The notes under the pieces: model-generated
Database searches by the model: none
The model's input: only the letters and a program-made list of their open reading frames with translations
Told to the model about the DNA's origin: nothing
Made by a program: the position numbers and the translations under genes
From: Nanobdellota archaeon
GTDB lineage: Archaea > Nanobdellota > Nanobdellia > CSSed11-243R1
Assembly (NCBI GenBank): GCA_021163365.1
Contig: JAGGWW010000042.1
Coordinates: 1-42,325 of the forward strand
Direction: 5' to 3'
DNA: 42,325 bases
Shown: in pieces, positions 35,510 to 42,325 of the stretch
Layout of the letters: each line of letters opens with the position of its first letter
Position numbering within the stretch: the stretch's first letter is position 1

Positions 35510-37819
35510 TTATATACAAATTTTTCCAATTAAAAGATTTACACATGATTTAACAAATGGATTGCAATCAACTGGCACGCCTGGAGGCCATGGCGGAATT
35601 GTCCAATCAAGTGGATTATCAACACCTCCGCAAAAACCACCTGGAATGTTGCCAGTTGCTCTCACACTTATTCCATTTGTGCATGCAAGAGTTGTTGAAT
35701 CACAATAAACACTTGAATCATACAATCCCTCAATTGAGTTTTCTCCTTGTGTAATATAAGTTGGATAAATAAATATTCTAAATGCTGAATGTGCATCATA
35801 TGCATTTGTAAATTTGCAATCTCCTGGAGATTTACAAACTATTGTTCTTTGGCAAACTCCTGGATATGTTCTTATGCAATCCCATATAAATTCAAATGTT
35901 TTTGTTTCTCCTGGTAGGATTGTTGCAGAGCCTGAAAATTCTTTTGTTCCAAGTTGTATGTCAATGTCTGGGCTTGATTTTAATGTAAATGTTTCTTTCA
36001 TATCTCCTTGGTTTTTAACTGTTATCTTTGCTTTTAACCACATAGCATCTGCAACTGATTTAAAATTACAGCACCATAGTTGCTTTTGTCTCAGATATTT
36101 AACTGATTCGATAAATGTATCAGCGAGATATACGTCTGGTCTGATTTTTTCCCAAATATTCTCTGGTGCCCACGTTGGAGAATAATAGGGATCTCCTGCA
36201 AATTCGAATTGTATGTCTGTGACAATTAAACCTCTTTTAACTTCACACCTGTTTCTTAAAGCATTCCATTTTTCATTTGGTCTGCAGCAATGCCCTGGAA
36301 CAACTGTGTGTTCTTGAAGTCTTTCTTTTGGTGTTTTACCGACTCCATATTCTTTGTATACACATTTTAATCCACTTGCGCACATTGTACTGCAAGTGCA
36401 TTCTTCTCCCCATCCTTTGTATTTCTTTATACATCCCCTAACATCTGAAAATGTTAAATCTGTTGTTGGACATCTTGAACATCCAATTAAAGAGCATGAG
36501 CCATCAAATTCTGGTTTTGTACCATCAGCAGAAGCACCACAATCTTGTGGGCAGTTCCAACATCTTTCTCCACCATTGTAATCACAGACACCATCTCCGC
36601 ATATTGGTACTTCTGTGTAACATACAGAATCTCCTGAGCAGCCTCCTGTTATTTGTGTTGTTTTGCTTCCTGTTTGTGTTTGATTATATCCAAGGAACAT
36701 TGGAACATAGTCTGTTGTTGACATAACTGTTGTTGCAAGTTTGTAATTAATGCGCCATGTATATGTATATCTTATTGCTTTGTGAGTGTCATATGAACAT
36801 CCTGTTGATGATATACAAGATTGGCTGTAATATGAATTTGGAACATAACAACCTTGAGCAATTTTTCCATTTACACATCTATAGTAACTTTGTTGATTTC
36901 CAAATAACCATCTTTCAAGATTTGCATAGTTACTGTCAGAATTTATATCACAAACATAATTTGGGTCATTACAACTAACACAATCGCATTTTGGGCCATT
37001 TGGAGCAGTTCCACCATAACAGTTTATACCATATGTAAAGTTTCTATATGTTTTAGAACCACATGTTAAAGAATTTGAGTAACCAAGAATTGGATTATCT
37101 ATTTGTCCAAATGAAAAGTGCAATGGTATTGAAACTGATTTTACTTCTTTCCATCTTCTTTGTGGTGCTTTATCTGTGCAATTATCTGAGCAATCAACAG
37201 GAGTTCCATATTTATCATAACATTGTTCAAATGGTGGTCTTTTGTTTAAAGTTAATTTTGTTGATTTAATTTTTGTACTATCTATGTATAAATCAATTGT
37301 TTTTTCTCCAATTTCATCTGGTGCTTCAAACGAACAAATTGCATAGTTTTCTCTTGCATATGTTGTGCAAAGAACATCACTACCGATTTTTAATTCAACA
37401 GTTGAGCCTGTGCAATTTTTTAAACCAGTTATTTGTGCAATTATTGTGTCATTTCCACATGCAACGTTTTTTGAGAGAGTAAGTTGTGCACCACAAAAGT
37501 TACATCCAGTTGGCACATCTATAACTGTTACTCTTGCACTATCAGTAGCTGTGATTCCATTAACATCTGTTACTGTTAGTTCAACGTTATATGTTCCAGT
37601 ACTTGTGTATGTATGGGAAACAATAACACCTTCTGCACTATGTCCATCTCCAAAGTTCCAGAAATAATTTACAATGTTTCCCTTTGAAAATACTCCATTA
37701 AATATAACTGGGTAGCCAACGCATGCAGTTTGATCTGAGCCTGCTTCTGCTGTTAAAGAAAATGCTATAGGCATTGCTAACAAAATCATTGCAAACATTA
37801 TTGCGATTTTTAATTTCAT
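35510..37819 (-). CDS. Secreted Cys-rich surface protein with an N-terminal PKD domain (track start 37840; ATG 37819 is more likely)
   Basis: Signal peptide; PKD motif YFWNFGDG...SHTY...GTY.V.LTVTD; CGDGVC..GE.CWNCPQDC; CARDB-like ITVKNQG. Confidence 0.85.
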   Translation of the reverse strand: MKLKIAIMFAMILLAMPIAFSLTAEAGSDQTACVGYPVIFNGVFSKGNIVNYFWNFGDGHSAEGVIVSHTYTSTGTYNVELTVTDVNGITATDSARVTVIDVPTGCNFCGAQLTLSKNVACGNDTIIAQITGLKNCTGSTVELKIGSDVLCTTYARENYAICSFEAPDEIGEKTIDLYIDSTKIKSTKLTLNKRPPFEQCYDKYGTPVDCSDNCTDKAPQRRWKEVKSVSIPLHFSFGQIDNPILGYSNSLTCGSKTYRNFTYGINCYGGTAPNGPKCDCVSCNDPNYVCDINSDSNYANLERWLFGNQQSYYRCVNGKIAQGCYVPNSYYSQSCISSTGCSYDTHKAIRYTYTWRINYKLATTVMSTTDYVPMFLGYNQTQTGSKTTQITGGCSGDSVCYTEVPICGDGVCDYNGGERCWNCPQDCGASADGTKPEFDGSCSLIGCSRCPTTDLTFSDVRGCIKKYKGWGEECTCSTMCASGLKCVYKEYGVGKTPKERLQEHTVVPGHCCRPNEKWNALRNRCEVKRGLIVTDIQFEFAGDPYYSPTWAPENIWEKIRPDVYLADTFIESVKYLRQKQLWCCNFKSVADAMWLKAKITVKNQGDMKETFTLKSSPDIDIQLGTKEFSGSATILPGETKTFEFIWDCIRTYPGVCQRTIVCKSPGDCKFTNAYDAHSAFRIFIYPTYITQGENSIEGLYDSSVYCDSTTLACTNGISVRATGNIPGGFCGGVDNPLDWTIPPWPPGVPVDCNPFVKSCVNLLIGKICI

Positions 37820-37827
37820 TTTTATCA

Positions 37828-40800
37828 CTATGGTTTGCATTTAACTTTTGTTAGTGCTGTACCAGCGCCTTTATATTCCCCAGGTGTTTCAATCCACTTA
37901 CATAAATCATAAGTCCATCTATGGTTTGCATAATCGTAATAACATGAGTTTGTATTGGATAAGCCAGAATAACCTTTACATTTACAAAATTCATTTAACG
38001 AATAAATACTTGCAGATTGGGTAGAGCAATCTCTCCAACCAGTATCACTTACGTACACTGGGAATGGTAATTCTACCAGACCTCCATTGCAGGCAATTTT
38101 TATTAGTGCTGTACCAGCACCCATGCTTTCTCCTTTTGTTTCAAACCATTCACACATATCTGCAAAGTCCCATGGACGCGCATTATTTGATTTTTTAACA
38201 TAGCAATGTTTTGTTGTTGTTTGACTTAAGTCTATATCATAACCCTTACACTTACAGAAAATCTTAAGCTTTTGTAGTGCATTATCACCAAACACTCCTT
38301 CGCAATTTGTCCAACCAGATTTTGTTGTTGATGTGTTTATGTCAAATGATGATGGTGAAACATCTCCACTATATCCAATGAAGTTTCCATTTTTATCTAC
38401 AACATCGCAAACTATCTTTGTGACAGCCCATTGATTTGGTGCTGGTGATCCAAAACTTGAAGTATCAGCAAGATTACAATATCCAAGCTTCCACCTATCG
38501 CTTGTAGAGTAGTAATAGCACACGTTTGTATCAGCTAAGCCAGAGTATCCTTTACACTTGCAATATTCATCTAACCAATCAACTGGTGGAGATTGAGGAA
38601 TGCAATTTATCCAACCAGAAGGATTCCATGCATATAATGGGAATGGAAGAACAACAATATTTCCAGAACAGTTAACTTTTATTAGCGCTATGCCGCTACC
38701 TTTCTCGTCTTTTGGGGTATTAAACAAAGCACACATGTCTTGTTGTTTCCATCTATTATTCACAGATTCGTAATAGCATGGGTTTGTATCAGCATCAGCT
38801 AAGCCAGAGTATCCTTTGCACTTACAAAAGTCATTTAACCAGTAAATACTTTCAGGTGTGAGGGCGCAATAGTCGTCCCAACCACTACCCTTAAACGCAG
38901 TATATAATGGGAATGTCAAGCTCACTTGCACATAACTTTTAACACATTTACCATCTTCGCATGTAAGCCCGCTGTTACAAGCATTTTCATTATCGCAGCA
39001 AGGTTGATTTTCTCCTCCGCAAGCATAGCAATAATCTCCGCTGCGCACATTTCCATCATAGCAGCCATTATACATATTAGATTTCCAATCGTTATTACAT
39101 GCTGGTTCGTTGTTATCTCCGCAAGCTGTTACTGTAATAGTCTTAGAACTTGAGCCACCTTCTACTGCTGGAGAATATGCTGTTATTGTAAATGTTTTTG
39201 AGCCTGAGCTAATAGAAAATTCATCATTAACTTGGAAGACACATTCTCCTTTTCCATTATTTTGAATTGTTGCTGCGCAAAGAATCGTGTCTTCATGATA
39301 AACTCCAGAGTGCTTTCCTTCACAACCATTGCAAAAACCAGTTATTGTTGCTTTAATCCAGTCTCCTTCATAAACAGATGTTGCATTTAATGATAATGAT
39401 ATATATCCGTGACACAATGTGCCATCTTCTCCAGGGTCAATACATGTATCTTTTAATTGAGCATCTGCATAGTCAGCATCGCAGCAAATTAAGCCATGTC
39501 CACCAAAGTCTCCTGTATCATCTGAGCCACAGCATGGGCACGGGTCTCCTGGGAAATTAGAACAATATGTTTCATCTTGGCAGACCCCATCCTGGCAGTC
39601 TCTTGGGTCTGGGTTAGCTACATCTGGTGGTGCATCTCCACCTGATTGAATATCTGTTGCATTATATACTATGCTATCGGTTTTTCTTCCACCTTCGAAG
39701 GTTAAATCAAATTCTAAAAGTTCGTATCTGTAATCAATTGTTGAAAATGCTTGAAATTCAACAACATACATTCTATTGTAATTTTCTGTTGATGCTGTTG
39801 GAGTAATATTAAAGCAAAGAACTTTTGTTGGTGTTATGTTCCATTCTTCAACACCTGTGTGCCAATCATCTGTTGCATCTATAATTGTTGTCCAATTAAC
39901 ACAATTTGGAGATGCATAAATTTTATATTTATAATTGTATCCATCATAAAGATATATTTTTAAACTGCTGATTTCATAAGGTTTTTTAAGTTTAATTGTT
40001 GTTGGGCATCCAACTGGTATTAGTGAAAAGCCATATGGGTAATTAACTTCTGTTTCTCCATCAATTGCGTGATTTTTTCGCCACACGGTGCAATAACTGC
40101 TGTATATGTCAGCAGCTTCATCAAAAGAAGCAACATTTTTCTTAATTGGTTTTGTCATTAGTTGTTTGTTTATTCCATTAACAATTTTACACAAAATGTA
40201 TTTTGTATTAGAATTACAGTTTGAAGAGAAATCTTTGATTATTAATTTTCCATTGCTATTAATAACATGAACAGTACAATCATCTAATAAATTTGAACCT
40301 TTTTGATATCCACTGCAATAATTTGGACGATTTGTTGGATAAAGAGTTTCATTTGAATCAATGTAGTTTAATAACGCTTCGCCATACGAAGGTGTTGTAG
40401 AGTTATATGTAACCTCTGTTCCATCTTTATAGTGTTTTTTAATTGAAAAATCAACATCAATTACTGTTGGTATTGGAGAATTTTTGGGGTCATTTAAAAG
40501 CCAATTAAACTCATTATTTTCAACAATGTTTTTTGATTCACTATAAAGTTTTTTAAATGGTGTTTTTGTGTAAAGATGCACATAAGGTGAAAATTCATAT
40601 TCAACAACTGGGTTTTTTGGAGGATATTTTATCATATTAATTATTTGGCCAATTGGATACCATCTTGTTTGAATCACATCTTCGCTAACATCTTTTGTGT
40701 AATTGAAATCAAGATAATAATTAAAGAAAACAGGTTGCAGTGTTGCTGCGGCAATTGAATTAATTACTCTTTCATCTGGTGAGCTAAACATTGTGTCAAT

Positions 40801-41334
40801 ATAATCTCTAAAGGTTTCAAATACTTGTTCCTCTGTTGGAATACACTTATTGCCATATCTTTTCCAATTTGGAAGTTGCTTTTCTCCAAGAAAACTTATT
40901 TCAACATCAAGTTTTCCACATGCTTGGAACTTTGGATAGCAGTCTTCTGGTTCTACTGTATTGCCATCAGCATCTACGCAATAACCATAGTTTGGATTTG
41001 AAGGGTCGTCAATACAAGAAGTGTCTTGTGGGCACGTGTTTTTGCAAATTGTGCAGTTTTTGATTGGTACTAAATCTTTTGTGCTATAACCTCCAAATGC
41101 TCCTGTTATAAACAAAGCTTTATCAACAGCATATTGCCTTTCTTCATCCATTAATTTCTTTAAAAGCTCTGCATTTTTTACTGCTGAAAGAGCGCTAAAT
41201 CTGTAAAACCCTGCTTGTGATGCTGCTTCTATGTCTTTTGATAATCCAATCATTCCTATTATTAGAACTATGGCTATTGCAATTGTGTATATAAATGTGC
41301 TTACACCATATATCTGGGCTTTTACATTACGCAT
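37828..41334 (-). CDS. Large Cys-rich surface protein/adhesin with a class III (pilin-like) signal peptide, an F5/8-type-C-like domain and four C-terminal repeats
   Basis: MRNVKAQ plus hydrophobic helix; discoidin-like segment (IKLKKPYEISSLKIY...YKIYAS...NWTTII...VVEFQAF); four xCKCKGY repeats. Confidence 0.85.
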   Translation of the reverse strand: MRNVKAQIYGVSTFIYTIAIAIVLIIGMIGLSKDIEAASQAGFYRFSALSAVKNAELLKKLMDEERQYAVDKALFITGAFGGYSTKDLVPIKNCTICKNTCPQDTSCIDDPSNPNYGYCVDADGNTVEPEDCYPKFQACGKLDVEISFLGEKQLPNWKRYGNKCIPTEEQVFETFRDYIDTMFSSPDERVINSIAAATLQPVFFNYYLDFNYTKDVSEDVIQTRWYPIGQIINMIKYPPKNPVVEYEFSPYVHLYTKTPFKKLYSESKNIVENNEFNWLLNDPKNSPIPTVIDVDFSIKKHYKDGTEVTYNSTTPSYGEALLNYIDSNETLYPTNRPNYCSGYQKGSNLLDDCTVHVINSNGKLIIKDFSSNCNSNTKYILCKIVNGINKQLMTKPIKKNVASFDEAADIYSSYCTVWRKNHAIDGETEVNYPYGFSLIPVGCPTTIKLKKPYEISSLKIYLYDGYNYKYKIYASPNCVNWTTIIDATDDWHTGVEEWNITPTKVLCFNITPTASTENYNRMYVVEFQAFSTIDYRYELLEFDLTFEGGRKTDSIVYNATDIQSGGDAPPDVANPDPRDCQDGVCQDETYCSNFPGDPCPCCGSDDTGDFGGHGLICCDADYADAQLKDTCIDPGEDGTLCHGYISLSLNATSVYEGDWIKATITGFCNGCEGKHSGVYHEDTILCAATIQNNGKGECVFQVNDEFSISSGSKTFTITAYSPAVEGGSSSKTITVTACGDNNEPACNNDWKSNMYNGCYDGNVRSGDYCYACGGENQPCCDNENACNSGLTCEDGKCVKSYVQVSLTFPLYTAFKGSGWDDYCALTPESIYWLNDFCKCKGYSGLADADTNPCYYESVNNRWKQQDMCALFNTPKDEKGSGIALIKVNCSGNIVVLPFPLYAWNPSGWINCIPQSPPVDWLDEYCKCKGYSGLADTNVCYYYSTSDRWKLGYCNLADTSSFGSPAPNQWAVTKIVCDVVDKNGNFIGYSGDVSPSSFDINTSTTKSGWTNCEGVFGDNALQKLKIFCKCKGYDIDLSQTTTKHCYVKKSNNARPWDFADMCEWFETKGESMGAGTALIKIACNGGLVELPFPVYVSDTGWRDCSTQSASIYSLNEFCKCKGYSGLSNTNSCYYDYANHRWTYDLCKWIETPGEYKGAGTALTKVKCKP

Positions 41335-42026
41335 ATTCCACCACTACATGTTCCTTCTTCGCAATAATTTCCTGGGCAGCATTCTTCACCAATTTCACCA
41401 CAATCCATACAAATGTTGTTAACACATGTTAAACCGCTTTCGCATGTTGCTAATTTAAAGAAACCTTGCACTTTTCTTTCACAGCAAGGCATGTTTTCAA
41501 GTCCGCATGCTTTTTGACTTGTAAATGTAAATAATTCAGCTGAGCCAGGTTCTCCTGCTGGATTATATATTGGAATAAAACAATATGTTGATATTTGAAA
41601 GTTTTCATCTTTTAATTTTAAGATTTGATTTCTTAATTCATTTGCTTTTCTTGGTGATGCAAGATAGCCTGCTATGTATGAAAGATTGGTTCTAAATGGA
41701 TTTAGCAACATTCTTTGTGCATAGAAATTCATTTTTTGCTCAAAGTCAAATGATAAATCCATGTATTTGTTTTTACCACCAAAATAAGCAAATGTTTTGT
41801 TAAAGTATGGGTTTTTTGAAACATCATTTCCTGCTGTAACATATTCTCCTCCTGTTAAAGGAAGGATTGAGTAAAAGCATCTTTGGTCAATTTCTTGGTC
41901 AACTATTGAAATTAATGATTCTAATGATAAGCCATTAATAAATGTGTGTAAAAAGAAAACACCTCCTAAAGCTATTACTGCAAGAACAACAATTAAAAAT
42001 GCATCAATTGCAAATTGTGCTTTCAT
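41322..42026 (-). CDS. Pilin-like protein (KAQ class III signal) with a Cys-rich C-terminus
   Basis: MKAQFAIDAFLIVVLAVIALGG; C-terminal CG..N.PCC...C.SGLTC....C..CG..GE.CC. Confidence 0.8.
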   Translation of the reverse strand: MKAQFAIDAFLIVVLAVIALGGVFFLHTFINGLSLESLISIVDQEIDQRCFYSILPLTGGEYVTAGNDVSKNPYFNKTFAYFGGKNKYMDLSFDFEQKMNFYAQRMLLNPFRTNLSYIAGYLASPRKANELRNQILKLKDENFQISTYCFIPIYNPAGEPGSAELFTFTSQKACGLENMPCCERKVQGFFKLATCESGLTCVNNICMDCGEIGEECCPGNYCEEGTCSGGICVM

Positions 42027-42325
42027 TTTTTAAGCACCGCCTTATATGTTATTTCAGGCAAGGTCATTCCTTTATAGTTTTGTCCTTTTAATACGCATAC
42101 TCTTATATAAAGCAAGCCAGGGGATAGTTTTCCATTGTTATAAAGCATGACTGGGACAACGGATGCTCTTCCTTCACGGCATCTTGTTCTGCTTTGATTC
42201 CAAAGATATGGTGGATAAATCCCTAATGTTTTATTAAATTCTTCTTTTACGTTAAAAGACGGGATGTTATTAAATCTGTAAAGCGGGTCATAAACACGCC
42301 ATTGTGGGAAAACATTTTCTGGAGA
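42023..42325 (-). CDS. C-terminal part of an upstream gene in the same operon (5' end outside the window; not in the ORF track)
   Basis: Open frame SPENVFPQWRVYDPLY...SPGLLYIRVC...TYKAVLKK*; its TGA overlaps the next ATG (ATGA). Confidence 0.7.
   Translation of the reverse strand, partial: SPENVFPQWRVYDPLYRFNNIPSFNVKEEFNKTLGIYPPYLWNQSRTRCREGRASVVPVMLYNNGKLSPGLLYIRVCVLKGQNYKGMTLPEITYKAVLKK

Noticed and set aside
37831-38930. Diversity-generating retroelement TR/VR pair in the adhesin repeats
   Set aside because: The repeats are in-frame protein domains with only short DNA identity (about 20-25 bp) and differences not restricted to adenines; no reverse transcriptase in the window.
184-41422. 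The many 60-160-aa antisense ORFs in the track (Phe/Ser/Ile-rich)
   Set aside because: They are mirror frames of Lys/Glu-rich genes on the opposite strand, with no independent signals.

Overview
AT-rich, gene-dense archaeal chromosome segment. The gene content and style (many apparently leaderless genes with a TATA box about 25 bp upstream, a single-OB SSB, KAQ-type pilin-like surface proteins, tRNAs with non-canonical introns) suggest a small-genome DPANN archaeon, which is an inference. Housekeeping genes: hjc (partial), pheT/pheS, glyS, trpS, leuS, alaS, endA, dcd, ssb, alba, an FKBP PPIase and the conserved ftsZ-secE-spt5-rpl11-rpl1-rpl10-rpl12 block, plus a P-type ATPase and a cation/proton antiporter. 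Both tRNA genes are split: tRNA-Trp(CCA) has two introns (37/38 and 53/54) and tRNA-Arg(UCU) has one at 59/60. The most unusual signal is a family of modular, hairpin-rich intergenic elements (about 10145-10356, 12249-12515, 29654-29807). One copy is flanked by a 24-bp direct repeat, and the family's AT-rich module matches the tRNA-Arg intron and resembles the terminal stem of the second tRNA-Trp intron. This suggests one small dispersed element that occupies both promoter regions and tRNA T-arms. Also present are a predicted L1 autoregulatory site, a double-knottin-like membrane protein and a right-end operon of large Cys-rich, pilin-like surface proteins with shared modules. All calls come from reading the sequence; no searches were run.
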